Shown: piece after piece, positions 26,923-43,948 of the stretch
How positions within the stretch are numbered: position 1 is the first letter of the stretch
Layout of the letters: every line of letters begins with the position of its first letter
Assembly: GCA_964016885.1 (NCBI GenBank)
Contig: OZ024740.1
Coordinates: forward strand, 127,534,001-127,598,000
Source: Eledone cirrhosa
Taxonomy: Eukaryota
Length of the DNA: 64,000 nt
Reading direction: 5' to 3'
Notes under the pieces: model-generated
The model's input: only the letters and a program-made list of their open reading frames with translations
What the model was told of the DNA's origin: nothing
The model's database searches: none
Position numbers and translations under genes: made by a program

Positions 26923-27838
26923 AGTAACATGGTTGGTGTACAATAAGGGCTTTATTTAAAGTACTGACAATTGTCTCGTTGATCAGGTGTGTCTAGAATT
27001 CGCTAATCGCTTGATGTTGCGTCAATCAATCTATAATACATTGTTTATAACTGGTCAACACATCAGAGCACGTAGATATGAAAATAATTCACTCTAGGCA
27101 AGACTTATATAGAAAAGTAGCGTAGCACCAAAACAATAACATCAATAATAAAATAGCGTTTAAATAAAACAATAACATCAATAGTAAAATATGTATGGTA
27201 AACAGGTAGATAAGTTACAGATGTAAAAAAGTAAAATATAAGATAGGGTACATTAAAAAGTAATATTAATAAGAAGAAAATGAGGAAATGGAGAATGCAA
27301 GGAAATAAAAGAAATAAAAGAAATAAAAGAATGAGTGAGTGTACGTAGAATTAGATTTTAGTAGTTTTTTGCGGAATGTTTTTTGGTGCTATCATGGGAA
27401 ACCAGATTTGAGATGTAGATTCATTTCTGTGGAGGGTCCGATAAATTAAAGACAATAAATTGGAGATTAATTGATGTATGATACTTATGGGTTGACAGGG
27501 CGTTTGATACACGTTTGTTGTAGATGTTTTGCTGGTTTTTCTATCTTAATAAGATTGATGGAGAGAGAGTGGAAGAAGCGTACAGAGATTTATGGTCCAG
27601 TGAGCAGTTGGCAGTTTGATAGCTATTAGTGGTGCGATAGTGTGTATTCTATATGTTAAAATCGAGTCTTGCTTCGAGTGAAGTATTTTCATACCTACGT
27701 GCTCTGATGTGTTGATCAGTTGTAAACAATGTATTGTAGATCGATTGACGCCACCTCAAGCGATTATAGAACTCTGATCAACGAAACAATTGTCAGTACT
27801 TTAAATAAAGCCCTTATTGTACAGCCAACCATGTTACT
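26923..27838. mobile_element. PLE remnant with inverted pLTR pair (26923-27086 and 27684-27838)
   Basis: Inverted repeat of about 160 bp with an HHR in each arm; (TA)n on both outer sides. Confidence 0.75.
27699..27799 (+). ncRNA. Type I hammerhead with extended helix II
   Basis: gtgct-CTGATGT-gttgatcag..ctgatcaac-GAAA-c-AATT-g-TC-agtac. The minus-strand copy at about 26961-27072 has GAGA for GAAA. Confidence 0.72.
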
Positions 27839-27846
27839 GTCCTTTC

Positions 27847-27924
<78 letters not shown>

Positions 27925-27927
<3 letters not shown>

Positions 27928-28312
27928 ATAATAATAAAATTGAAGACTAAAATCCAAAGAGGGCTCGATAAGGAAAATATATATCAAATATATAAGAACC
28001 GAAGAACGTCTCTATGCACCACTTAGAGAAAATTAGTCTACGACCTCTTTTATACCATAAACGTGGTTCTGTCTTTGCGCGTAATTGTTTTTCACCGCTC
28101 CTATTAATGACGTATTATTCGTTTTTTCCCGTTCTTTGCCTGCGAACGTCACCATGAACCAAAGTATCGTCTTCCTGTCTTCCTCCGGTTGCTACGTTTT
28201 TTGAAATATCCAGTTCTGCGTTTACAGATTGACTTTGTTAGTTTCAGAAGATCCCGTTAAGGGTGAAAGCAGCGATTCTTTGCTTAAACTTTAATCTGTT
28301 ATATTAATAAAT
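27925..28312 (+). mobile_element. Solo pLTR of the 32885-36782 PLE family with an inverted stub
   Basis: 28010-28310 matches 36390-36695; 27925-28000 is the reverse complement of 36705-36782. Confidence 0.85.
28240..28290 (+). ncRNA. Type I hammerhead-like motif, CAGAAGA core
   Basis: agttt-CAGAAGA-t-ccc-gttaa-ggg-t-GAAA-gcag..ttgc-TT-aaact. Confidence 0.6.
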
Positions 28313-30015
28313 ATATATATATATATATATAAATACAATATCGGAGGAAGCTTTTTAGCGATACTCCGGCCAAATTCCAACTCACTCAACAAACATTAGG
28401 AAATAAGTGATTATATTCCCAATTATGCGTTCGGGGTGCCCACTAAAAGTATTGCGTGGAAAATTGGCTGTATTATTTCATATGAGACATATCGAATATA
28501 TCTCTTCCCAGACGGACGTCTTGTTTCATTATAGGATTCCTACAATTTGGGTTAAATTATACCAATTTATGTAGGAGCTTGTATACCATCAATAGATATA
28601 TATTCAAGTGGGCTCCTATAATTAATCAGTGGGTGCCCCATATATATATATTTCCATATGAGATTTACATTCCGTACTTGTGTATCATAGTATCTGGTTC
28701 GAATAAGGCCGAAACTAACGATTAAATTCTGTCTCTCTGTTTTGAATTGCTTCTTAAATGTATATGGTACCAAACTATTAGATCTGGCATGAGATAGCAC
28801 TGGCCAAAACCTATCAAAGTTATCGAAATTCTATTAAGATTTAACAATCGACGACTACGATAACGAATAAACTATCTGGGACCCTTCATGTATTCTTGAA
28901 GACAGATTTCTCGCATTGGTTAGTGCTATACTTGGGGTAAGTATGAGTCACAAGAATAAAATACTTGTTTATGTGAAGCTGTGCTTGTATGTAATAATAA
29001 TTATCGATAAGTAGATTTCTGTTATATTGTGAAAGTATAGTTAAAGTAATGCAATTGCGCATTTCATTGTTTTTTCTAGTGAGTCTTTCCATTACTGTCT
29101 GATGGAATTTGTTGCGGAAGCTTGTGGACAAAACAGCACCTTTATACATAGAGGCGTACAAATATATAGCAATTGAAAACATTTAGTTCATTTCTATGCA
29201 CTAAGACCCATTACTAATTTTGAAGAAATATGAAATCTACATTCATTACTGATTCTGAGCCACGGCATTTGTTTTATATATGCAAGTTCCAAGATTATAA
29301 GTGTGGGTTAGAATATGTTATGTATACGCCTACTTCTCACTGGAATCCACTATTGCACATATTGTTATGATTACGTAGGTGTTCTCGAAATTATTGTTCA
29401 TTTAAAAGATAATATGAATCTGACTTGTACCTTTATTCACTAGCAAGGAAATGGATCTGAAATGTCTTCAGCTAAACATGGAAACCATGTCATATACTCA
29501 GTACACTGGTCAATGACACCTCGAACTGGCGAGAAATAAACATTACACAGATATGCAGAAAATGCGACCAAGATAATAGAATGACAAAGAAACAGCAAAA
29601 ATATCATTAAGTATAGAACTTATTAGTTTGCGATGATAATTTAACTGCTTCGTATTTATTTTATTCGGAAGTGGCGCCGTTTAATGAGCATGTGTCTGGT
29701 ATTTTCTTTCCTTTTAAGTTTGTTGTTCTTTTGTTGTTGTATTTAACTGAGTCTCACTTGTTTAGTGGATGCCAGTACTTCGTGGCTTGACGTCTGCCAT
29801 CTTTTCAAATGCTACATATTTATGCAGTCATTAAGATTGGCGAGCGTTTACAATAAAATTACGCACATCAGTAATCTGCAGATTATACACATGTACTGAA
29901 ACACACACACATACATACTCACACACAGTCACACTCCTACACAGACACCCACACATAAACGCACTCGTGCATGCATTACACACAATCATTCAGGCAATTA
30001 CTATAGTTCAATAAT

Positions 30016-30198
30016 TGTTTCTACTTTAGGCACAAGGCCAGCAATTACCCAGTGCATTACTGGTACTTTATTTTATCGACCCCGTAAGGATGAAAGGCAA
30101 AGTCAATCTCGGCGGGATTTGAACTCAGATCGTAAAGGGACGTAACTATGCTGGAAAGCATGGCGTCCGACCCTCTACCGATAATGCCAATCCACCGC
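30016..30198 (-). mobile_element. tRNA-derived SINE (MetaSINE-like core) with 15-bp TSD
   Basis: Core ctttgcctttcatccttacggggtcgataaaataaagtaccag; TSD ctatagttcaataat at 30001-30015 and 30199-30213. Confidence 0.88.
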
Positions 30199-31898
30199 CT
30201 ATAGTTCAATAATGCCCAACTAAACGCTTCGAATTATATTTCCGATAGTATATTCATTGTTGTAATTATCTGTTGGTGTTTCATTTCGATGTTGGTGTCA
30301 TTATATGAGAATTTATATTTTGAGTTCAAATCCCGTTAGAAGTAAGGACATTTTTCACCGTCTATAACCAAAAAAGAGAAAAAAATATATATTTACCTAT
30401 TATACTATAGTGTGTTGGAGTTAAATGTGTGATTAGAATTCTGAAATATTATCGATGTTACCCTTTATTTCTTTAGCTTCAGACCAGCACTGACCTAGGA
30501 AACACATGATCACAGACTTTCTAGATATGATCATCCCGTGTATTCATATACGAATGACTACATGGGAAATGTTTCTTTTTCGTTACGAAGGTATTTTAAC
30601 AATTGATTGAAAATGACAACTATGTGTAGGAGGTCGTCCGACCAAGCAGATGCTTCTACATGAGCTCATAAACATTCTAGTTATCTCAATAATACTGTTG
30701 TAATAATTGTTGGTTGTGAAGACAAAATTGGGTTGTTGAGGCACGACTGTAATCTATCATGTTTAAACATTTGCTTTTCCTGTAAGAGCCTCTAGTAAAT
30801 TCTACAGCAGAAATCTTATTCCAGATATGAAACGCTGTTGGGGCTGCAGACACAAATACCTTAGACCAGATTAAAAGGCGATCGGAATGATTGGCATATT
30901 TGCCAACTCATTAGGCTAATGTTTTCAATTGCTCTGTTAAACCTCTCTCTCTATATATATTTTACCACTACTCACTATTACAACAATTAGGGCTCATGTT
31001 ACTGAGATAGTTATATACCACTGCATTCATATCCAATTTGTTCAAACCTTACTCTGAAGAAAGGTTTGTCTCGAATTGGCTACCGACTAAGCTTTTCCAT
31101 TTGTCCAATAGACATCGCCAATAAACATGGATAAAACTCGACAATACCAATATATATCTGAGCAGTTATTTCATGCCTTTAAAGCTCATGGACCTTATAT
31201 TTCCCCCAGATTAAGATATAAATCATAAAAAACGTCTCCATTCTCATTTATACCCATGGCATGATTCGATCTCGCTACAACAGGGTTTTAGAAATGTTCA
31301 TCATTACTCACTGAGTTGAGATTTGTAGGATCTCCTTACCTATATTTCTTATTAAAGAAACGTTGTCTTGGTATCCTATCATCTATGGTGGCTGTTCATT
31401 TCTGAGTGCAGTGACAGAATTGTAATTAGAAAATCAACAAACTTAGATTAATTTCTCCAAAACTTTCAAGATGTGCAACATAAACACTTGTACATTTAAA
31501 ATTGCCACGAAATAGAAAATTATTGGAAATAGGCAGAATTTCCACTCAAAAGTTAAAAGAAGCGTGGTCTGTTAATGGCTATGGAATATTTTTCAGCTGC
31601 TGGTCTACAGAATTTTCCCATATTTTAATAACGTTTCAAGATTTGCTAGAGTTTGTTTTTATGTATTATTTATCAATTTGTTGCAAGAATGTCCTATTTC
31701 TGTGTATTATTTTTCCTCGCATTTTCAGAAAAAAGCAATCCCCAAAACAATTGAATTACTCGTTACTAATGTTTCTACTACTAAACCACACACTATAATA
31801 GAAGAAAAGGAATTATTGTAAAATATAACATGGGTTTCACATAAAATAATTATTTTTCAGAATTTCATATACAACATGACTCAATATGAAATATTATT

Positions 31899-32085
31899 GG
31901 ATTGGCAGTATCGGTAGAGGGTCGGACGCCATTTTTTGCAGCAAAGAGTTACGGCTCTTTATGATCTGAGTTCAAATCCCGCCGAGGTTAACTTTGCCTT
32001 TAATCCTTACGGGGTCGATAAAATTAAGTACCAGTAAAACACTGAGATAATTACTGGCCTTCTGCCAAAAGTAGAAACAATTATT
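31899..32085 (+). mobile_element. Same SINE family
   Basis: gattggcagtatcggtagagggtcggacg, B-box-like gagttcaaatccc, and the core. Confidence 0.88.
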
Positions 32086-32774
32086 AGCGTCACTTTGAGA
32101 CAGACAAGAGAAAGAGGCCGACTGAGAGTATTACCAATCAATCGAATGTCGTCCAACCACGTATCGAATCCTACGAAAGAGTAGAAGCTACACCGCTTCC
32201 CGTCTCTCTATTTAGATACTCAAATGTATTTCGTGAACCTGTTTAACTATTTTTTTTTCCTATTTGTACAACCTCATTCAATTGTTGATTTTTATAGCCG
32301 CCATATCCTAATTGATGCATATATGGGCTCGCAAATAACAATTATAACGATAAATAATTGTGAGATTCAAATCTATGAGTGAAAGAAGCTTAACTGCTGT
32401 TAGTATATAGGTAATCTTACAAGATAACACAGATACTAGACTTGTTTTAGGCGCGAAACGTGCAATTACCAATGTCTTTATAACAATTGCGTTGCTTGTA
32501 TGATTCAATAGGCATGTACATATTTACACACAATGCCGATATTCTCGCTTACATACATACCCACGCACACATAATTTAAAATCATTAATACATAAATGTA
32601 TAGCATATTTTAAAACTTTATTTTGTATATATTATATATAAATGTGTGTGTTTGTCCACGAGACTGAATGTATGTGTTTAGTTTTATATACGTGAAATAT
32701 AACTGAAAAGAATGTGATAGAACCATTTGTGGGAATGGAAAACCGCATCTGATGAAGACAATACAAACGCATAT

Positions 32775-32890
<116 letters not shown>

Positions 32891-33479
32891 AAAATAACAG
32901 ATTAATGTTTAAGCAAATAATCACTGCTTTCACCCTTAACGGGATCTTCTGAAACTAACAAAGTCAATCAGAAGGGAATATTTCAAAAAACGTTGCAACC
33001 GAAGGAAGACAGGAAGACGATACTTGCTTCGTGGAAACGTACCCTGACAAAGAACGGGAAAAAACGAATATAATACGGCATTATTTGGAGCGGTCACAAA
33101 CAATTACACGCAAAGACAAAACCACGTAAATGGTATAACTGAAGTCGTAGACTAAAATTCTAACTAGGAAACCGAATGATTCTCGGCTTCAGAGTTAAGA
33201 ATAAAGTAAATAAAATACAGAGGTAATTGAAATTAAATAAATATATACACGCATCCATATACGTACATACACAAGCATACGCGAAAACACTCGCCATAGA
33301 TATACAAATACACACACTTACACGAACAAAAAAAAAAAATCCGCACACACATACAGGACCCACGCAACGCCTGTACCCGAGCCCTCTTTGGATTTTAGTC
33401 TTCATATTTATTATTATTACTATTTGGCTCCCTCGGTTGAGCACTCTATTAACTTATATTCATCATGCAGAAACAACAT

Positions 33480-35555
33480 CTGAATATTTCTACAAAGAAC
33501 AAACCCGTACCAAGCAGGAAAACATACCTAAAACTCCTGATACAGAAAGCAGACGCGTTCATTAAAGGTTGCGTTGGCGTGCCTTTTATTTCGATAATCA
33601 GGCAAAAGCACACAACAAACAGTATACATTTGGGTTTAAAACCTATAATAACCCTCCAAGTAACCCAGCATTGCTACCCTTCGAAAATGATATATTGGAA
33701 CTCATACGGAGTATCAAATTTCGGAATGGGAGTAATTCCTTCCAGCAGGACCTGAAGAATAGAATTCGTTCTATTAAGGATTCTAATGCCGTGCACGTCC
33801 ATTCCGACAAAACTGGCAATCTATATCAATTTGAGTGCAGTACTTACCATCAACTACTACATAATGATGTAACTAAGGATTACCGTAAAAAAAAATCACC
33901 TCTGATCTCAAATTCCTGGACAGGCCTGAACCTCTGGACCCTATTTCTCCCCACTTTACCCTGAATGATCACAAATCCAATTTTCCGAGCAACCCCTCTA
34001 TTCGGCTTATTAACCCCACGAAGTCCGATTTAGATAGACTTAGTAAAAGGATTCTTGATAGAATTATATGTGATATTAGAAGTTTGGCCCCTCATGCATT
34101 GTGGAACAATTCTTTCGCGGTGATTGATTGGTTCAACGGCATATGCAACAAGGAACATTGCCGTTTTATCCAATTCGACATCAATAATTACTACTCCTCC
34201 ATCACTACTCCTCCATCCTTAGAGCTATCAATTGAGTTAAAAGACTCACAGTGGTTAAGGATTTCGAAGTTGATGTCATCCTCAATGCCCGTAAGTCGGT
34301 GATTAATTTCGACGACTCTATTTGGACTAAAAAATCTAATAGTACCCCATTCGATGTGAGTATGGGCGCCAACGATTCTGCGGTGGTTACAGATCTTATC
34401 GGCCTTTTCCTCCTTCTTTTCTCTAACAAGGTGACTTCCCCAACGTGGGCGGTGGTTTGTACCGTAATGATGGTCTTTTGACCATGACTAAGTGCGGCCC
34501 ACGTGCTTGCGACAGGTTCAGAAAAGAACTCACAGCCTTCTTTAAAGGCTTCAACCTCTCCATACAGGTTGAGGCCAACTTATCGGTCGTTAATTACCTC
34601 GACGCTACAATCAATTTATCGAATGGCTTGCATTACCCGTATAGAAATCCGAATGATACGCTTAATTAAATAAGTAAGCATTCTAACCATCCTGCCAGCA
34701 TAACCAAGGACCTGGTAAGAAACGTTTCTTTGAGGCTTTCCCGTCTATCTACTAACGAGCAATGTTTTCAACGACCATTCCACATATTACAATGAAGCTC
34801 TTGCTCGGAGTGGATTTGTCAATAAGGTAGCATATACAGAGTACGAGAATAGACTTAGAAGAAATAGATCCCGGCGCAATATATGGTATAACCCACCATA
34901 TAATATGGATGTGGCCACACCATTAGCTAAGATCTTTCTCTCCCTTATTATGAAGCATTTTCTCCCTACACATAAATATAGTAAAATTTTTAATAGAAAT
35001 ACTATTAAAATTTCTTACTCTACGACTCCTAACGTTGCACATAACATCACAGCTTCAAATTTAGCTAAACTACCTAGCCATAGGAACACGTGCAACCATG
35101 TAGTTAGTACTAACTGTAATTGTATGAATCGGGTTGACTGCCCCCTATCCGGGAAATGCCTCTCTAGTAACATTGTCTACAAATGTAAGGTTGAAACACC
35201 CACGTCCTGTAGAGTCTACATAGGGTTAACCGCCAATAGATTCAAGCAGCTCATTTACATGTATACCCATTCTATTCGTTACCCTTTAAGAAGGAATATG
35301 ACGTCACTTTCAGCTTATATCTGGAGTCTAAAAGACAACCACACCCAATATAAGTTACACTGGGAGATCCTAGTTAGAGCTAGATTGTATAACGGAAATA
35401 ACAGACCTTGTGACCCCTGCGCCGATGAGGCCCTGGAAATACTCTACGCCAAAGACCACATCTTAAACAAAAAATCTGAGGCAATTTCGGCTTGTAAACA
35501 TAAACAGCACAAAACCTTCCTGTATTACAGCCCCACATTATACCCTAACGGATAG
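33480..35555 (+). pseudogene. PLE RT plus GIY-YIG ORF, frameshifted
   Basis: STKNKPVPS..RWRA, SDKTGNLY, FIQFDINNYYSSI, DVSMGANDSA, LYRNDGL, CNCMNRVDCPLSGKC..IVY..VYIGLT. Confidence 0.9.
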
Positions 35556-35946
35556 AACGGATTATACGCGGATATTTTACGTATTGATGTGGTAGCTATG
35601 TATATGTTATGTTTTTACCATTACTTATTTGTATAGGTAAGTATATATTACCTGTATGTTTTGTGAAGGTACGTATACTTCCTCGTGCGTATACTTGATT
35701 GTATATGTTATGGCGTATATATTATATATTCTGGTACATATGCTTTTGGTTATGTGTATACGTGAGTTTTGCGTCTGTGTGAGTATGCGGGTTCGTACGT
35801 ATGTAAGGTGTTTATATGTGTACTTCGTGTTTTGTTTGATGTACGTCTCCGAACATATGTGTATTTACATGTAGGTATGTGTTGCGCTTGTTATATACAT
35901 ATTTAATTATTTATATACGTTTATTTAATTATATGTATACACGCAT

Positions 35947-35995
<49 letters not shown>

Positions 35996-36620
35996 ATATA
36001 TATATTTATGTGTATTTGGTGTATACATTATTCGTATGCGTGCGGGTAAAAGCGTTGCGTGGGTTCTGTATGTGCGTGCGGGTTTTTTTTTGTTTGTTTG
36101 TGTACGTGCGTGTATTTGTATACCTATGGCCAGTGTTTTCGCGTATGCTTGTGTATGTACGTATATGGATGCGTGCATGTATTTATTTAATTTCAAAAAT
36201 AAAGTAACTTAATTTTATTTACTTTATTCTTAACTCTGAAGCCGAGAATCATTCGGTTTCTAATTAGAATGTTACTCTACGACTTCAGTTATACCATTTA
36301 CGTGGTTTTGTCTTTGCGTGCAAATGTTCTCCACGCTCCACATATGACGTACTACCTTCGTTTTTTTCGTTCATTAGCAGAGAGCGTCTCTATGAATCAC
36401 CTAAGAGAATATTAGTCTATGACTTCTTTTATACCATAAACGTGGTTTTGTCTTTGCGTGTAATTGTTTTTCACTGCTCCAAATAATGACGTATTATATT
36501 TTGTTTTTTCCCGTTCTTTGCCAGGGAACGTTCCACGAACCAAAGTATCGTATCCCTGTTTTCTTCCGGTTGCAACGTTTTTTGAAATATTCACTTCTAT
36601 GTTCACAGTTTGACTTTGTT

Positions 36621-36671
36621 AGTTTCAGAAGATCCCGTTAAGGGTGAAAGCAGCGATGCTTTGCTTAAACT
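36621..36671 (+). ncRNA. Type I hammerhead-like motif, CAGAAGA core
   Basis: Same fold as 28240-28290. Further copies at 32907-32956 (-) and 49160-49210 (-). Confidence 0.6.
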
Positions 36672-36788
36672 CTAATCTGTTATTTTAATAAATATTTTCT
36701 CTATGGTTTTTATATATTTGACATATATTTATCCCTATCGAGCCCTCTTTGGATTTTAGTCTTCAAATTTATTATTATTACTATATAT

Positions 36789-36838
<50 letters not shown>

Positions 36839-37149
36839 AGGATGAATATAAAATGAAAGTGCTTTTGTTAAAAAAGGAATTTATTAGGTATTGACATATG
36901 TTTCTGTAACAGACCGAATACCTATGTATCGCTGCTTGCGTAATCATATAATGTTAGCAAGTATTCGATAGCAAATGTATAATCAGTTGTCACTTCTTCA
37001 GAGATTTTGGATAAACTGGATAAAATCAGAAAAATTGAAGTATTTATATTAGTAAAAGAGGAAGGAACAGAGGGGATAGTATATGACAGATGGTAAAATA
37101 ATTTACTGCTAAACAAGTATATAATGGGTTTTTAATGAGAATACCATGA

Positions 37150-39163
<2,014 letters not shown>

Positions 39164-39665
39164 CAATTTAATCTATATATATATATATATCTCACTCTCT
39201 CTCTCTATATATATATATTCCCTCTTTATTTTTCCCTCTGCCTCTCCCTTCTTTCTATCTCTCTATCTCTCTCTCTCTCACTCTATCACACAAACACACT
39301 ATATATATATACGATATATATGTTTTCGAATATATATATATATAGTATATATCGATTCCATTATATTTTGCTTTTTTTCTAAATTCAGATACCTCGCTCT
39401 CTGTGACAGGTAATACTGGAGAGTCCCGGGTGACTATGGATTATGCTTTAGAAAACTCAAGAAATCTGACACATATTGATTGTGTTGACCTTACTATCGG
39501 TGCTTTGTTAACCATCATAAAATTAATTTTGTTGTTGAAATTATTTAAACCCTTTAAATTTTAAAACAACTCGCAACTGATTCCTTCTAAATATCTGATG
39601 TGTACTTGAAAAGAGGATTTCTACTTGAAATAGAAAAGAACTCGTATTTATCCTTAAAACGCCAT

Positions 39666-40559
<894 letters not shown>

Positions 40560-40563
40560 TATA

Positions 40564-40639
<76 letters not shown>

Positions 40640-40641
<2 letters not shown>

Positions 40642-40771
40642 CTAGCTGTGGTACCCGGCTTCGCCCGGCAGAACAGTTAACAGAAGACGGATTAAAGTGA
40701 AAACGACTGTATTGGATGTGTTGTCTGGTATGCGATGAGACCGTAATGTGTAGGTATGTGAGTGTGTGTCA
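40640..40771 (-). mobile_element. Inverted duplicate of the Helitron 3' end
   Basis: Reverse complement of 40284-40415 with two mismatches that I could see. Confidence 0.85.
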
Positions 40772-40776
40772 CATCA

Positions 40777-41136
40777 GGTTTCGTCACATCTGTCCACGTG
40801 GCGTCTGAGCTCGTTTTTGAATCAGTGGTATTTCATGGTCTATGATTATACGGGGTTTGGATGGAGGAAAATATACCATTTCGCTTCCTTTTTATAGAAG
40901 CAAATGTTGGCTTTTCCTGAGTCGAGGGATAGCGTGAGCACCAACGAATTATATATATATATAATTCGTTGGTGCTCACGCTATCCCTCGACTCAGGAAA
41001 AGCCAACATTTGCTTCTATAAAAAGGAAGCGAAATGGTATATTTTCCTCCATCCAAACCCCGTATAATCATAGACCATGAAATACCACTGATTCAAAAAC
41101 GAGCTCAGACGCCACGTGGACAGATGTGACGAAACC
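40777..41136. repeat. Perfect 360-bp palindrome centred on (AT)6
   Basis: ggtttcgtcac...cgaatt-(AT)6-aattcg...gtgacgaaacc. Confidence 0.95.
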
Positions 41137-41459
41137 ACACTAGCACAATCCGAGGAAACTAACTTCTGAAGATTACTGTCGGAGAGAGGTGACGGAAAAT
41201 ATTTCGTGGATAATGTGTGTGGGATGATAAATGGGGACGAATGCAGCCACACACCAGCCTCGACAACTCACATGACAACAACAACAATAACAAATGTGAA
41301 TGATGAATATACACCAAGAATACCAAGAAAAGCACAAACGATGGATAACACAATGAAGAGAAGAAAGTAAAATCAGGGGGACAAAAAACAGGGATAGAAA
41401 GGACCAGAGAGCGAGAAGGAAGGTTAGAGAGAGATTAACGAGAAAACAAATATAAAGAC

Positions 41460-41960
41460 ATAAACTGGGTTTAAGTTGACCTGCCTTATTATTACAAACA
41501 AACAGAGAAAATATTCAATAAATTACATTGTACACTCAGATCACCCCGTTCAAATGACGAGGTGTATAAAGCTCTAAGACAATATCTCTCAGAGCAACGA
41601 AGAATACGCCTGTCGCCTACGGCATTGCTCGGTCAGTGAAAGCAGCACTAGTGCTTCTACGAACAGCAACACCACAAACTTATCATACAAAAAGAATTAC
41701 GTAGTTTATGAGCTAAACTATGCATGCGAGACCACTCACATTGGTTCCACAGAGAGAAGGAACACTGAGAAGACAACACCAACCAACGCATTGTTCCAGT
41801 ACAAGCAGGAATGTGGGAGAGAAGGAACATAGCTACGAAAGTGCTCGGTGGTCAAACAGACGAAATCAGACTCCGAATAACGGAAGCACATTTCATTAGA
41901 AAGAAAACACCAACAGAACAGTTGGAGTGATCTGGACACATAGAAACATCTGTACATATA
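41460..41960 (+). pseudogene. Highly degraded PLE GIY-YIG region
   Basis: KNYVVYELNYACETTHIGSTERR (about 41690-41760) and LRITEAHFIRKKTP (about 41870-41912). Confidence 0.6.
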
Positions 41961-42399
41961 CTCTGATGCGTAGAAGCTTTGCCAAACCGAACATGAAGGA
42001 TATTACATCCGAAAGAGCTACCTGACTTTACTAACACTACAGCAAGGCTATTAAATAGTAGCCTCGTGCCAGCCCACGCTAAATAAACTAAACATATACT
42101 AATAATAGTTATCCTTCCATCTTCTGATCCTTAATTTTAAATTTTAATTAATGTTTGTTTGTGTTTTTTATTCATTCCTTTTCTTTGTGGATACTTTTCA
42201 TCATATTTTATCCTAACGAATATCAAAAGATAAAACAAAAGCTTTACTCTTTTAACAAATTTTGTCCAAATACGATCTCCTCTTGCTGCTTCTCTCCTCC
42301 TTCTTTCTTTCCTCCAGCTATATAGCCTACTCACCCCACGTCTGGCTTACTGTCTACCCTCTCTATATTGTTCAAGATCTAATACAGCTTGGCAACAAT

Positions 42400-42551
42400 A
42401 ACGTCGAAACTCATATCTTGAGCTGAGTAAACTGGAGTAACATGAAATAAAGTGTCTTGCACAAAAACAAGGACACAACACATCAAAAAGTCAGTGAATG
42501 AAACTCACAACCTCACAATTGAAAGCCCAACACGCTAAGCACTAAGCCATA
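42400..42551 (-). mobile_element. Degenerate tRNA-derived (CORE-type) SINE
   Basis: aagtgtcttgc..caaggacacaac...actcacaacct...cactaagcca pattern. Confidence 0.5.
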
Positions 42552-42608
42552 TGGTTTATATATACATATATATATATATAGTTATGTAATAAACAACATA
42601 AATTATTA

Positions 42609-42675
42609 ATTCATTTACCAGTGGTTTCTTGAAGAGCTTGACACTTATGCCCGTCTTCATTCATCAGAAAAAATG
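42609..42675 (-). ncRNA. Type I hammerhead in a short pLTR remnant
   Basis: Minus strand reads CTGATGA-a-tgaaga..tcttca-a-GAAA-ccactgg-TA-aatgaa; helix I is imperfect. Confidence 0.6.
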
Positions 42676-43760
42676 TATTATTGAATGTAAAAGGGAATTG
42701 AAAACAGAGTTTAGGATAAATGAAAGTGAGGCTGAAATAAAATAACGGGCATAAACTGAGGGGAAGAAAATTATAAATATCCAAATACATAAACATATAC
42801 AAACTCACGCATATACGTTATATATATATATATAAATATAAACCATATGGGTTAGTGCTTAGCGTGTTGCGATTGATATATATATATATGGAGGTGCGTG
42901 CGTTTGCGTCAGTGTGTGTCTGCGTGTGATGGTGAATATGGTAATATGATATGGTCCTAGTGTCAGACACTGTTCATATTTTTGACTATGATGCATTCTA
43001 CATAACCTGTCTTCAAAAATTCTATAAATTTAAGTGACATGAAATAATGAAGTCATTATATATTTAATAGAATGTAACATAACAGCTTCTACTATTTAAT
43101 TTAACATTATTATATTACGCATATAAAAGTCTCTTTCCAACATCTACCCTTTTAAAGGCTTATTTTTAATTTTGCAAATCAATCTAAAACAGATTACTTA
43201 TGTGATTTTCATATAGCTTGTATGTTAGAAGTAATTTCATTGTCAGTTAATCGCAAATATTATTCACATACAATGATAATTATATTTACTCTCAATGTCT
43301 TTCTGTATACACAATCAGCCAATTTGTACAGGGCATGTCAAGATCTTTAAAACAGTTATTTTTAGTTTATTCATACAAATTACAGTTTATATCCAGCAGG
43401 TCATGTATAAGTTCAGCCCTGATGGATTTGCAGAATAGCTAAACCTTTATGACCTTATTTGATCTCTTTAAATTCAGATTTCAAAATCCCTCCTGGCCAA
43501 TTTTACATTCCAACTGCCATAGTCAATGAAATAAGCTGCGACATTAAATCAGAAGTTTACAGCTTTGGACAAAATGCCTCGTTCTGGAACTTTATGTGGT
43601 GAGGTTTGTAATACAGGTTTGACGAAATTGTCAACAATCTATTTCTTACAATGAACACTGTGATGATGATATATATCTGAATAGAAGTGCCAGTAAATGG
43701 TAGAGCGTACGTATAATTAATTCTAAATTCTGTACTACACATGATTATTTCACAAACTGT

Positions 43761-43948
43761 CAGGGCGGTGGATTGGCAGTATCGGTAGAGGGTCGGACGC
43801 CATGCTTTGCAGCACAGTTACGTCCCTTTACGGACTGAGTTCAAAACCCGCCGAGGTTAACTTTGCCTTTCATCCTTAAGGGTTCGATAAAATAAAGTAC
43901 CAGTAATACACTGGGATAATTGCTGGCCTTGTGCCAAAAGTAGAAACA
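43761..43948 (+). mobile_element. tRNA-derived SINE with 17-bp TSD
   Basis: TSD attatttcacaaactgt at 43744-43760 and 43949-43965; same family as 30016 and 31899. Confidence 0.9.

Noticed and set aside
31899-31985. Possible tRNA gene
   Set aside because: It is a SINE head with A/B-box-like motifs; there is no cloverleaf.
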